Source: an uncultured bacterium (GTDB taxonomy: Bacteria; Omnitrophota; Omnitrophia; Omnitrophales; Abzuiibacteriaceae). Taken from it: a DNA stretch of 64,000 nucleotides. Both the position numbers and the translations under genes were made by a program. The notes below the pieces were generated by a model. The model was given only the letters and a program-made list of their open reading frames with translations, ran no database searches and was not told the DNA's origin. Positions 19,201 through 28,207 of this stretch are shown here, in pieces. Every line of letters begins with the position of its first letter. The stretch's first letter is position 1. The stretch is from NCBI GenBank assembly GCA_964387845.1, contig CAYLXA010000001.1:128001-192000 (forward strand), in the 5' to 3' direction.

Positions 19201-22060
19201 CGTGACGGTTGATGGGCAGCCCGCAGGCGTTCTTTCAACCCATACATTTAGTAATGTCACCGCCAATCACACGATTCACGCTTCTTTTGTAGCAATAGAT
19301 CCTGTGAGAGATACCTACCTCCGGCAAAATACACCAACCACCAATTATGGAAGTGCAACCAGCGTCAATGTAGATGGCGATGAACCGGCAGGAACGGGAC
19401 ACGACGTGTTTGGTCTGTTGCGTTTTAACGTAGCACCTATTCCTGCTGGAAGCATCATTGATGCAATCGAATTAAGATTAAACATCACGAATGACACGCC
19501 GCACACTTACAGAATCTATGAAGTGAAGCGCCCTTGGTCTGAAGATCAGGCTACATGGAACCAAGCAGCAGCCGGTATGCCGTGGCAGGTTGCAGGCGCA
19601 AAAGGGGCCGAAGATCGTGGAGTAATTTTAGCAAATATAGGGCCTCTGGCTCTCGGACAACAGACCATTCTTTTGAATGACGCGGCTAAAAATATAATTC
19701 TCGGCTGGGCCAATAATCCTGCAAATAATCACGGCCTTATGATTGCAGACGAGGCAAGTACAAACGGTTTTGATTTTGCTTCCTTTGAATCGGCAACACC
19801 GCCACAACTCATTATCACCCATCGCCCAGGCTATACAATGACAACCAACGTCAATGGCAATGGGTCAGTATCAAAGAATCCGGATCAACAATATTACACA
19901 AATGGTTCAAATGTTACTTTAACCGCTAACGCAGGAGCCAACTCTGTATTCACCGGCTGGTCGGGTGACGCAACGGGAACCACCAACCCGCTTTCCGTTT
20001 CCATGAATAGCGATAAGAATATAACCGCTAACTTTACTATCAGAACCTATACACTCACGGCGTCAGCCGGTGCAAATGGTTCTATCTCACCCGCCGGCGT
20101 GACGACTGTCAATCATGGAGCGAGCCAGACTTACACCATGACACCGGCAACGGGTTATCACGTAGCCAATGTATTAGTAGACGGGGCTTCCGTAGGCGCG
20201 GTTTCAAGTTATACGTTTAGCAATGTCACAGCGGCTCACACGATCTCTGTCTCGTTTGCAATTAACACTTATACAGTCACCACCACGGCTACTTCAAACG
20301 GCACCATTTCTCTTTCGCCTAATCAAGCTTCGTATAATCATGGTTCAACGGTTACTGTGACCGCAACACCGAATAGCGGCTACACCTTCGCTAACTGGAC
20401 CGGTAGTCTCTCAGGTAGCGTGAACCCGGCCACACTCACGATGGACAGCAATAAAACCATCGGAGCGGTGTTCGCACAGATTCCGACGTTCACGATTACC
20501 CCGTCTGCGGGATTAAACGGTTCGATCTCTCCCGATACCATGGTCAATGTAATGGAAGGCGAGGATCAAACCTTCACCATCACGCCGGCGGCGGGTTATC
20601 ACATTGAAGATGTCTTGGTCGATGGCACCTCTGTTGGCGCAGTCGCAAGCTATACCTTCAGCAATGTGACGGCAAACCATACGATTGCAGCCAGTTTTGC
20701 GGTAAATACCTTCGCATTGTCGGCTTCTGTTTCAGGCAATGGCTCTATTTCAAAAAACCCGGACCAACCATACTACAACAACGGCTCTTCAGTGACTCTC
20801 ACTGCGAATGCAGGAGCTGATTCTGTATTCATCGGCTGGTCGGGCGATGCTTCAGGAACTGCTAATCCACTTTCGGTCACGATGAACGGCGATAAAAATA
20901 TTACGGCTAACTTTGCCGTTCGAACTTATTCATTGACCGCATCCGTTGAAGGAAGCGGCTCCATATCACCTTCAGGAGTTACATCGGTCAGCCACGGCGG
21001 GAGCCTAACTTACACGATAACCCCGGCAGCCGGTTATCGGATCCAATTTGTGAAAGTGGACGGCGTTTCGGTTGGCGCCGTTGAAAGCTATACGTTCAAT
21101 AACGTTACCGCCAACCATACGATTGCAGCAACTTTTTCAGTGAACACGTTCATTGTCTCTGCTTCTAACGGCAGTAACGGAAATATTTCACCCGTCGGAA
21201 ATACTCCGGTTAATGAGGGTGCTGATCAAACCTATGTGATTACTCCTGATTCAGGCTATGCTATTGAAGACGTGCGTGTAGACAATCAGTCGATGGGTGC
21301 AATTCCAAGCTACACCTTTAGTAATGTGACCGCCAATCACACAATTTCAGCAAGCTTCACCATGATTAGGCGCGCGTTAACCATTAGCACCAACCGCGGG
21401 CTTGGCGGAGCAGTCATTATCAATCCGGACAGCCCGGACGGCACTTATCTGCACGGCACGGAAGTAACCTTGACGGCTATTGCAAACCCCGGAAATATTT
21501 TCTCGGGATGGAGCGGAGACGCGGCGGGTTTGATTAATCCAGTCACAATCACCATGGACGCAGATAAAAATGTAACGGCTAATTTCAGCATGATCACTTA
21601 TTCGATAGAAGTTGAGACGACAACCGGCGGCGCGGTAGAAGTAAGCCCTGAAGGCCCACACTATTTGGGAGATGAAATTACACTGACAGCCACGCCGGAC
21701 TCAACTCACACCTTCAATGGATGGAGCGGCGACGTTACCGGTTCTGAAAATCCGATCTCAGTGACCGTAACGGGAAACATGAACATTGCGGCAAATTTTG
21801 CACCGATTACTTATACGCTCAATATAACCACAATCGGAAACGGAACCGTCACAAAAAGCCCGAATATGACGGATTACCCGGCAGGCACATCGGTAACCTT
21901 GACCGCGAACCCCGCGCGTTTCTGGAATTTTCTGCGCTGGACAGGAAACGCTTCGGGAACCAATCCGGTTATTACAGTTGTCATGGATGGCAACAAAAAC
22001 ATTCAGGCACGCTTTAAGCAGGGCCTAAGTCCATTCAGCGGCGGCGGCCCGGCATCGTAA
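16298..22060 (+). CDS. 1920-aa secreted/surface protein: two DNRLRE-type domains, a Cys-rich region, a beta-propeller-like region, a PKD domain and ~14 InlB-B-repeat-like domains
   Basis: N-terminal signal/anchor. The DNRLRE-like blocks are NTELRGLIKWNLSQLP...VTWNN and VFGLLRFNVAPIP...ATWNQ. The PKD-like block is APVVNAGSDQTITF. Many ~75-aa repeats have the pattern G..GS.SP.G..Y..G..VTLTA.P..G..F.GWSGD or ..GYH..DVLVDG..VGAV.SYTFSNVTANHTI. Confidence 0.85.
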   Translation: MMDNMKKSTNFFVPLFKSFLTGLPKRVVTVLATFFLVINQVIIPVPNSLLPTLSPAIAQASEDNGTTVSIEASGDAYLSKQNPDQNYGITDLITVDGQDINGDPNTELRGLIKWNLSQLPEGSVVQSARIILHLVNHSGGNVYTLHKSTKDWHEADVTWNNASADFESASLGILSSNILGLHSIPLNSDGIAAIQSWIDNPETNFGFLILPDANSTNGFEFKSKDSSIKPVLEVTVTFPQDASYNVEMSVSGDGAIFVSPEQPFGFNDNVTFTAEANDGWQFERWEGDLGGVENPATIQIQNNMNVMAVFQSLAPAEPQMGMSTCGNGVLENGEQCEGSNLGGQSCSTLGNGSGTLVCASDCTFNMGSCAFAWPAEAFASAENLTYIDSTGFGVNLSGAAWNPVSRKLWLVRNGGPGGSKLWVLRENGSGGFEVDYKNGLRGEWSNFNDLEAIALADFNNPDVVYLLIEGEERIKRYNISTYGTAILERNWNTSPHLPLNGGSGAEALAFIPDSFLTAQGFVDPAGNPRTSQNGMGGLMFVGHQNGGRIYVFDLNPNNDSFTYVGAYRTNYSETADLAFDRSTGYLYVFHGANHNHTEVVSLASTVNGSERKLVTLVDYNRPTGSATNSNMEGIAVVETSDCADGKRDFFLTIDDGGADSLFRFRNFPCGLARNKAPVVNAGSDQTITFPNAAALNASASDDRLPNGTITTTWTQIGFVPAPGVSGSGVATFDDSTALATNVNFDLAGDYTLRMTVTDGELSAADDVIVTVDEAARPVTFTINASAGSNGFISPIGEVIVDSGANQTFTIAPNANYHIANVLVDGASVGAVSSYTFSNVTANHTIAASFEVNTYTIDSSAGSNGSISPAGVTTVNHGGSQTFTMTPSTGYHVADVLVDGASVGAVSSYTFSNVTADHTIEVSFAASSFTITATAGTNGSISPSGDVDVSAGDDQVFTITPNSGFQIQNVTVDGQPAGVLSTHTFSNVTANHTIHASFVAIDPVRDTYLRQNTPTTNYGSATSVNVDGDEPAGTGHDVFGLLRFNVAPIPAGSIIDAIELRLNITNDTPHTYRIYEVKRPWSEDQATWNQAAAGMPWQVAGAKGAEDRGVILANIGPLALGQQTILLNDAAKNIILGWANNPANNHGLMIADEASTNGFDFASFESATPPQLIITHRPGYTMTTNVNGNGSVSKNPDQQYYTNGSNVTLTANAGANSVFTGWSGDATGTTNPLSVSMNSDKNITANFTIRTYTLTASAGANGSISPAGVTTVNHGASQTYTMTPATGYHVANVLVDGASVGAVSSYTFSNVTAAHTISVSFAINTYTVTTTATSNGTISLSPNQASYNHGSTVTVTATPNSGYTFANWTGSLSGSVNPATLTMDSNKTIGAVFAQIPTFTITPSAGLNGSISPDTMVNVMEGEDQTFTITPAAGYHIEDVLVDGTSVGAVASYTFSNVTANHTIAASFAVNTFALSASVSGNGSISKNPDQPYYNNGSSVTLTANAGADSVFIGWSGDASGTANPLSVTMNGDKNITANFAVRTYSLTASVEGSGSISPSGVTSVSHGGSLTYTITPAAGYRIQFVKVDGVSVGAVESYTFNNVTANHTIAATFSVNTFIVSASNGSNGNISPVGNTPVNEGADQTYVITPDSGYAIEDVRVDNQSMGAIPSYTFSNVTANHTISASFTMIRRALTISTNRGLGGAVIINPDSPDGTYLHGTEVTLTAIANPGNIFSGWSGDAAGLINPVTITMDADKNVTANFSMITYSIEVETTTGGAVEVSPEGPHYLGDEITLTATPDSTHTFNGWSGDVTGSENPISVTVTGNMNIAANFAPITYTLNITTIGNGTVTKSPNMTDYPAGTSVTLTANPARFWNFLRWTGNASGTNPVITVVMDGNKNIQARFKQGLSPFSGGGPAS

Positions 22061-22093
22061 TTACATATTGAGTATTTCATACCTGATATTTCC

Positions 22094-22459
22094 TCAAAAA
22101 AGCGAAAAAGTCAGAAGCCCGAACGAAACCGCGACAAGCCCTAGAAGCCGGACTGCAAGCGCAGGCATTCCGGCGTAATGTTCCATAAATCCCTTCACCT
22201 TCTCGATATCGACCGCAAAAATAATGATGCCGCTCGTCAGAAACAAAACACCGAGCGCTGCGGCCGCCATCGGAATCGCGCTTTTGGATGAACTGAGCAG
22301 CAATAAAATACCGACGAAAAGGCGCAGAAAACCCGCATAATAAATCCGCTTTCCCTGGCTCATAAAATCAAAAATTTTACGGGTTACATTCGGAGAAACC
22401 ACAATCGTAAGCCCTAAGCCCGCCATCACTACTGCGAGCAATTTAATAATCGCGATCAT
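22094..22459 (-). CDS. small integral membrane protein
   Basis: 121 aa with four hydrophobic segments. Confidence 0.5.
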   Translation of the reverse strand: MIAIIKLLAVVMAGLGLTIVVSPNVTRKIFDFMSQGKRIYYAGFLRLFVGILLLLSSSKSAIPMAAAALGVLFLTSGIIIFAVDIEKVKGFMEHYAGMPALAVRLLGLVAVSFGLLTFSLF

Positions 22460-22490
22460 AAAGCCTCCTTTGGTTAGGCTTTCATTCTAA

Positions 22491-23012
22491 TTACATTTTC
22501 CGGCTGTCGTAGGCCCAATGCAGAATAGCCTGGCGCTGGCGCTTGCGGCATTCCCAGTCGCCGCGAACGCAGTTCTTCCGGACCTGGACAATATGGCGCT
22601 TAATGGCAAGCCAGCGCTTAATTTGCCGGTCATCTTCCCCGGGAATCCGCCGGCCCATGAAGTAACGGCAATACCACTGAAACCAGCCGCGCGGGTCTTT
22701 ATCGCAGATCCACCTTTTCTTGCGCCATACTTTGAGCGGCTGGCTTGCGTTCACGCCGAAAAAATTGAGCTTGGCGTCATGTTTTTCCGGACAAAGTTTT
22801 GCCTGCCGGAACCAATCCGCCGGAAATTCCTTCCGGCAATCCGTCATGTATTTGCCGCCGAAAATACCGAGCCGGAGCATTTCCTTCGGCGTCAGTTCGG
22901 GTTTAAAGCGCGGATCGAAATTTTCTCCCGCCGGCTCCGTCAAAACGTAGCGGTAATTTTTCTGCATCTTGTCATTGACGGTAACGGTTTTACGCCGCTT
23001 TTTTTGCGCCAT
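22491..23012 (-). CDS. conserved hypothetical protein (Cys/Trp-rich, DUF4186-like)
   Basis: 173 aa with conserved-looking blocks YMTDCRKEFPADWF and GWFQWYCRYFMGRR. Chosen over the fully overlapping plus-strand ORF 22518..23030 because it matches the gene orientation and a known-looking family. Confidence 0.5.
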   Translation of the reverse strand: MAQKKRRKTVTVNDKMQKNYRYVLTEPAGENFDPRFKPELTPKEMLRLGIFGGKYMTDCRKEFPADWFRQAKLCPEKHDAKLNFFGVNASQPLKVWRKKRWICDKDPRGWFQWYCRYFMGRRIPGEDDRQIKRWLAIKRHIVQVRKNCVRGDWECRKRQRQAILHWAYDSRKM

Positions 23013-24468
23013 GCTCGGCCCTGTGTTTGATTGCGTTGATCATTCCCGCAAATACAAAATGATGAATCCAAAGAAGTGCAAACCAATACAGGATACCAAA
23101 AAGGCCTTTCGGAATGAACCGCGCTGTCTGCGACAGCATGGAGGATTGTGCGCTTGTCTGTGTTATTTTAAATTCCAAGACCGCAAAGCCAGGTAATTTC
23201 ATTTCCGCCTGGAGAACCAATCTTTTCTCCGGCTCCACCTTTGCGATACGCCAAAAATCAACCGCATCTCCCTGACGCAATTCGGCCGGATCCGTCCTTC
23301 CCTGTCGAAAACCGACGCCTCCGGCCAATCTGTCAAGCCAACCTCTCAACCTCCACAAAAAATCAGCGTGATACCAGCCCGTATGGCCTCCGATTTTTGA
23401 CAAAAGAGCCCAAATTTCTTTGACGGAAACTTGAATTGGAAGCGACCGGCTATCCACAAGCATCGTTCCGCCCGACCACTTTTGATCTGTCGGCCAAACC
23501 CATTCGGCAGGGCGAAATTCATCCGGCACTTTTTCATCTTCAACCAGCCGGTGCCGACTTCCTTCGATCGCGAGCCTAATGCTCTCGCGGGCGCCCAACA
23601 GCCGCTGCGGGATTATATTTTGAATAGAAGTATCACGGACCACCACGCGGTTCCTCAATCCCTCAGCAAGCGGAATAGCCAGCGACCGGTGGATCGGCGT
23701 TACAAAATGAATCCAGTAGGAACTCAGTTTGGGCGTCAAGACAGGGACCGGAATCACAAACCGCTTTGCGAGACCGGCTTCTTCCGCATAGATTTCCATG
23801 AGCTGCCGGTAGGTCACGACATCCGATCCGCCGACTTCAAAAGTTTTTCCCGCTGTATTCGGACTCTCGAGACTTTCGGCAAGGTAGTAAAGCACATTCC
23901 GGATAGCAATCGGCTGGCTTTCGGTGCTGACCCAGCGCGGCGTCACCATCGCAGGAAGCCGTTCGACTAAATAGCGCAAAATTTCGAAAGATGCGCTGCC
24001 GGTTCCGATAATCATCGCTGCGCGGAAAATCGTCGACGGAACCGGGCCTGAGGTGAGGATTTTTTCCACTTCGCGGCGCGACTTCAAATGCTTACTAAGA
24101 TTCTCGTTTTCCTCACCAAGCCCGCCTAAGTAAATAATTCTCTCAAGCCCGGCTTCGCCGGCCGCCTTTGCCATATTCTGCGCAGCTTGACGGTCCCTCG
24201 ATTCAAATTCCTTGCCGCCGGGAGCCATCGAATGGACCAAATAAAAAGCCGCGCCACAGCCCCGCGCAGCTTTGAGGATAGAATCATATTGAAGAACATC
24301 GGCCGAGGCGACTTCAATTCTGGAATGACGAAACCATGAGTAGGCTTTTAATTTTTCTGTCGACCTGGCCGCAGCCCGGACCCGGAAGCCCCGCTCGAGC
24401 AAAAACGGCACAAGCCGGGCGCCCACGTATCCGGTCGCGCCAGTCACTAAAATAAATTGATTTTTCAT
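22990..24468 (-). CDS. NAD(P)-binding SDR/NmrA-like oxidoreductase with a C-terminal DUF2867-like domain
   Basis: N-terminal ILVTGATGYVGARL Rossmann motif. 492 aa. Confidence 0.7.
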   Translation of the reverse strand: MKNQFILVTGATGYVGARLVPFLLERGFRVRAAARSTEKLKAYSWFRHSRIEVASADVLQYDSILKAARGCGAAFYLVHSMAPGGKEFESRDRQAAQNMAKAAGEAGLERIIYLGGLGEENENLSKHLKSRREVEKILTSGPVPSTIFRAAMIIGTGSASFEILRYLVERLPAMVTPRWVSTESQPIAIRNVLYYLAESLESPNTAGKTFEVGGSDVVTYRQLMEIYAEEAGLAKRFVIPVPVLTPKLSSYWIHFVTPIHRSLAIPLAEGLRNRVVVRDTSIQNIIPQRLLGARESIRLAIEGSRHRLVEDEKVPDEFRPAEWVWPTDQKWSGGTMLVDSRSLPIQVSVKEIWALLSKIGGHTGWYHADFLWRLRGWLDRLAGGVGFRQGRTDPAELRQGDAVDFWRIAKVEPEKRLVLQAEMKLPGFAVLEFKITQTSAQSSMLSQTARFIPKGLFGILYWFALLWIHHFVFAGMINAIKHRAEHGAKKAA

Positions 24469-24499
24469 CGTGCCCTTACGATTGTCAAAACTCAGGCTG

Positions 24500-25504
24500 C
24501 TAATTTTTTCCGACCAATTCGGGACTGACCATCATTTCTCTACGGACTTTTTTGTGCTGATAGTCGTCAATATTCTGCAGAGTCGTATGGGCAATATTGG
24601 CCATCGCGGAGTCGGTGAAAAAGGCCTGATGACCCGTAATTAGAACATTCGGAAATGTGAGCAGCCGCGCGAAAATATCGTCCTGAATCACATGATCGGA
24701 CAAATCCTCGAAGAAAAGGTCCGCTTCTTCTTCGTAGACATCGAGACCCAAATACCCGATTTTGCCCGACTTAAGCCCTTTGATGACTTCGCGCGTATCA
24801 ATCAAGGCGCCGCGGCTTGTGTTAATCAACATGACCCCCGGCTTCATCCGGCTCACCGCCTGGCCGCCGATCATATGCTTCGTTTCGGGTGTAAGCGGCA
24901 AATGAAGGGAGATGATGTCGCTTTTATTGAAAAGTTCGTCCAAAGCCACATACCGGGCGCGACATTCCGGATTCCGCATAGGATCATAGGCAATCACATC
25001 CGTGCTAAAACCCATCATGATATTCGCAAAGATATTTCCGATTCGGCCCGTCCCGATCACGCCTACGGTTTTTCCCGTCAATTCAAATCCGAGTAATCCT
25101 TCAAGCGAAAAATTTCCCTCATGGATCCGGTTGTGTGCGCGATAAAGTTTTCGGTTCAGTGCCAAAATCAACGCAACCGCGTGCTCGGCAACACCATGAG
25201 GCGAATAGGCGGGCACCCGTACAACGGTCATGCCCAAATCTTGTGCTTTTTTGATATCGACGTGATTGAAACCGGCGGAACGGAGCGCTAAAAGTCTCAC
25301 GCCATTCTGATGAAGCAAGCGCAAAACATCGGCGTTTAGTTGGTCATTGACAAATACACAAACCGCCTCAAAGCCGAATGCCAGTTTGCAGGTTTCGAGC
25401 GTTAATCGCGGTTCAAAATAAACGATCTTGTGCCCAAATTCCGCATTCGCCTTGTCGAAAAACTGCCGGTCATACGCTTTCGTACTGAAAACAGCTATTT
25501 TCAT
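24500..25504 (-). CDS. ldhA: D-lactate dehydrogenase (D-2-hydroxyacid dehydrogenase family)
   Basis: Colinear similarity to E. coli LdhA ([12 protein letters not shown]..., [21 protein letters not shown]). Start placed at MKIAVF (25504), where GGAGGAG sits 8 nt upstream. Confidence 0.85.
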   Translation of the reverse strand: MKIAVFSTKAYDRQFFDKANAEFGHKIVYFEPRLTLETCKLAFGFEAVCVFVNDQLNADVLRLLHQNGVRLLALRSAGFNHVDIKKAQDLGMTVVRVPAYSPHGVAEHAVALILALNRKLYRAHNRIHEGNFSLEGLLGFELTGKTVGVIGTGRIGNIFANIMMGFSTDVIAYDPMRNPECRARYVALDELFNKSDIISLHLPLTPETKHMIGGQAVSRMKPGVMLINTSRGALIDTREVIKGLKSGKIGYLGLDVYEEEADLFFEDLSDHVIQDDIFARLLTFPNVLITGHQAFFTDSAMANIAHTTLQNIDDYQHKKVRREMMVSPELVGKN

Positions 25505-25557
25505 ACCTCTATTCTCCTCCAAATCATATTGAATGCAATCTCTCTTTTGGAGAATAG
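25505..25557 (-). promoter_or_regulatory. stem-loop in the ldhA leader that pairs the Shine-Dalgarno sequence
   Basis: In the minus-strand RNA, UCUAUUCUCC (plus 25508..25517) can pair with GGAGAAUAGA (plus 25549..25558), which is part of the GGAGGAG SD immediately 5' of the ATG. The stem is 10 bp with a ~28-nt loop. Confidence 0.35.
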
Positions 25558-25633
25558 AATAAAAAAATGGGGTCAACCCGCAGTGATTCTGATCACGCGG
25601 AAAAAAGAGGACAAACGCTTGAAGCTGAATAAC

Positions 25634-26962
25634 TTATGAGCCGCGCTTGGCTGATTGAGCCTGGAGCTGACCTTGGCGTGCGTAATCAATAGCTTCAGCT
25701 AATATGCGCGCAACTTCCTGAGGCGCGTGAAAACCCATTGAATTCTCGGCTGAAACAAAATCAAGCCGCCACTGGGCTTTTCGGTGCATTTCAAGAGCCG
25801 GCTGTAATTCTTCTTCACCTGCGCCGCGTTTTTTGGCCGCAACGATTTCATCGATCAGTGCCAACACGGCAGCCTCGGCGCGGTCCATCAACACTTGTGT
25901 TTTTTCCTGAATAGATTCGGCTCGGTCAAGCATTTCGCGCTCCGTAAAATGATGGCACGGAAGGCACGACCTCGACACATTCAAAAGCGGGCTGCGAATA
26001 TGATGATCCGTCACTTTTAGCGCGCCTTCACGCTGATAAGGCATGTGGCAATCGGCGCACGAAACACCGCTGCGCGAATGGATGCCCTGATTCCACATTT
26101 CAAATTCGGGGTGCTGGGCTTTCAGCATTTTCGCGCCCGTTTCGGCATGCACCCAATCCGTGTGGCCGACTTGCTCATAATAAGCTTCAATTTCTTCAAC
26201 TTTTAACCCATTCGCCCACGGATAAGTGAGCATTTTCTCAGGGCCCGCAAAATAATATTCAACATGGCATTGAGCACAGACAAACGTGCGCATCTCCTGC
26301 CGGGTTGCCATGGTGTTTGGGTCATAATTTTGAATGCCTTCGCGCTCTTTAACTTTTTTAATTGCATTCATAAATCCCGGACGCGTGACACGCAGGTCCA
26401 TCGTTTTCGGATTGTGGCAATCCGTACACGCGATCGGATGTTGGACATACTTCCATGCCTCCTCAAGCGGCATTTTATTCACCTTCGCAAATCCCGCCTG
26501 GATGTCCCCTTCACCGACTAATTCATAAACTTGTTTCATGCCGCCTGCGTGGCATTGGAGGCAAGCGCCCGGCTGTTTGAACTCTTTTGTCCGGAGCGTT
26601 TCCTGCTGATCCGACAAGGAATACGCATGGCCGCGCTCTTCCCGGTAATCAACACCGAATGCGTAACCCGCGAAGAAACGTTTCCACGCAGGATCTTCAT
26701 CCAGTTTCGAGAAAGCTTCGCTGCCGCCGTAGCGCGTGCGCGCCGTATCAACCGTGCGGATATAGCCGTCATACTGGCGCGGATAATTTTTTGCCCAAAT
26801 CGCGGGATCAATTGTTTCTTCCGTCAATTCGACGACGGATATGTTCCGCCACTTGGCTTCTTCTTTTCTTTCGCGAATATTCAAGAGCAGAGACGTAATA
26901 GCCCATGTAACTGCAGACGTCATCACAATAATAAGAAAGTAAACCGCCATTTTTTTGAACAT
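25634..26962 (-). CDS. nrfA: cytochrome c nitrite reductase, pentaheme catalytic subunit
   Basis: Five CxxCH motifs, including the CAQCHVEYYF block. N-terminal membrane/signal segment. 442 aa. Confidence 0.85.
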   Translation of the reverse strand: MFKKMAVYFLIIVMTSAVTWAITSLLLNIRERKEEAKWRNISVVELTEETIDPAIWAKNYPRQYDGYIRTVDTARTRYGGSEAFSKLDEDPAWKRFFAGYAFGVDYREERGHAYSLSDQQETLRTKEFKQPGACLQCHAGGMKQVYELVGEGDIQAGFAKVNKMPLEEAWKYVQHPIACTDCHNPKTMDLRVTRPGFMNAIKKVKEREGIQNYDPNTMATRQEMRTFVCAQCHVEYYFAGPEKMLTYPWANGLKVEEIEAYYEQVGHTDWVHAETGAKMLKAQHPEFEMWNQGIHSRSGVSCADCHMPYQREGALKVTDHHIRSPLLNVSRSCLPCHHFTEREMLDRAESIQEKTQVLMDRAEAAVLALIDEIVAAKKRGAGEEELQPALEMHRKAQWRLDFVSAENSMGFHAPQEVARILAEAIDYARQGQLQAQSAKRGS

Positions 26963-26972
26963 GCCTGGCTCC

Positions 26973-27437
26973 TTAATCGTACACCGCGTGGCCGACCGAA
27001 CGGTGGCAGCTTGTACAGTTCATAACTCCCCTTTGAATATCCCTGTGGCTTGCAATATCGCTTGTTAGAACCTGATGGCAATGAATACAGTTATGTTGAA
27101 GATCATTCAGATTTTTCGGCGTAATCCGGATCGGCTCCGGCCAGTTCTGAAGCGTAAATGCTTTCGAATGATTCCACCCGTTCCTGGCTTTGACCCAGTA
27201 TTTTTCCGGAAACGTATGCGGCACATGGCAGTCGTTGCAGCTTGCGGCTTTGTGGTGGCTTGACCTTATCCATGAATCATAATGCTCCTGCATAATATGG
27301 CAATTAACACACGCCTGCGGGTTATTGCTCAAATAGGAAGTGCCTTTTGCATAATAAAATGTGTAGCTGCCAACCCCCACAACAATGCCGCCGCAAACCG
27401 CGAGCACCATCAAAACACCGTTAAAACCTAATTTCAT
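26973..27437 (-). CDS. nrfH: NapC/NirT-family tetraheme cytochrome c, quinol-oxidising partner of NrfA
   Basis: N-terminal TM helix plus four CxxCH motifs (CVNCH, CNDCH, CIHCH, CTSCH). It lies directly upstream of nrfA. Confidence 0.85.
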   Translation of the reverse strand: MKLGFNGVLMVLAVCGGIVVGVGSYTFYYAKGTSYLSNNPQACVNCHIMQEHYDSWIRSSHHKAASCNDCHVPHTFPEKYWVKARNGWNHSKAFTLQNWPEPIRITPKNLNDLQHNCIHCHQVLTSDIASHRDIQRGVMNCTSCHRSVGHAVYD

Positions 27438-27662
27438 ATATTATTTTACGGCCATACATACTGTGTGTTTTACGGAAAGTATTCACCTGACATTTTCGAT
27501 TAAATCTGCTAAGCTTTCCACTTAAATTTATATTTTTCTTTCTCTAAGGGTCGGGTTGGGATAAGTGAGACAAATGTTGATTGGTTTTGCCGAACAATCC
27601 CGAATTAATTTTAAAGTATTTGTTCAGCTCTTTTTCAATTCGAGAAGTCAAGTAGGGATAGT

Positions 27663-27685
27663 CACGGCATTCTTTTCATGCCGTG
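27663..27685. other. 8-bp stem hairpin CACGGCAT-tcttttc-ATGCCGTG
   Basis: Perfect inverted repeat read from the sequence. It lies between the nrfH promoter region and tRNA-Pro. Confidence 0.4.
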
Positions 27686-27725
27686 CAATCCCGAATTGGC
27701 TTCACAATATTTGATCAAACCAATT

Positions 27726-27799
27726 CGGGACGTGGCTCAGCCTGGTAGAGCGCACGCTTGGGGTGCGTGAGGTCCCGGGTTCGAATCCCGGCGTCCCGA
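27726..27799 (+). tRNA. tRNA-Pro (anticodon GGG)
   Basis: Cloverleaf: acceptor CGGGACG/CGTCCCG, D-arm GCTC..GAGC, anticodon stem CACGC/GCGTG with loop TTGGGGT, T-arm CCGGG-TTCGAAT-CCCGG, discriminator A. CCA is not encoded. Confidence 0.85.
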
Positions 27800-27977
27800 T
27801 ACTCCGCTACATTAAAAAGACACAAACATTTATTCATCAAAGCAGAGCATCGCCCTGAGGAGCGTTTTGTGCGACGAAGGGCTGCCCGCGTATCGGGACA
27901 ATGTTTTATGTGGTTCAACACTCACGCCAATGCGTGAGTGCGATGCTATCGCGACTCAAAGATAGCCGCGTACCGCA

Positions 27978-27995
27978 TCGATCCCGGCGTCCCGA
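27978..27995 (+). repeat. direct repeat of the tRNA-Pro 3' end (att-like scar)
   Basis: tcgATCCCGGCGTCCCGA repeats 27781..27799 (tcgaATCCCGGCGTCCCGA), ~180 bp downstream of the tRNA. Confidence 0.6.
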
Positions 27996-28207
27996 CCATT
28001 TAGTATATGTCCGTACCGGAGACGCGGGTTACATCATCTTCGGTGTAAACGAGTACTGTAAGTGCTGAGACATGGCTTGTCACATGTCGTTTTTTATTGT
28101 AATCGGGACTGAGGAGCTTGCGAGACGCTGCAATAAAATCTGCTTTGAATTCGCGAAGCTAAAGCCAGCCCGTTTACATCTCGCTTTTCCCGTCGGTTCA
28201 TATTAAA

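Noticed and set aside
22518-23030. 170-aa plus-strand ORF fully antisense to the 173-aa minus-strand ORF.
   Set aside because: The minus-strand frame has the conserved-looking Cys/Trp-rich blocks and fits the local gene orientation. The plus-strand frame is Ala/Leu/Pro-rich mirror noise.
27715-27921. 68-aa minus-strand ORF overlapping tRNA-Pro.
   Set aside because: It covers a tRNA gene and its repeat-containing flank. It has no RBS and no protein features.
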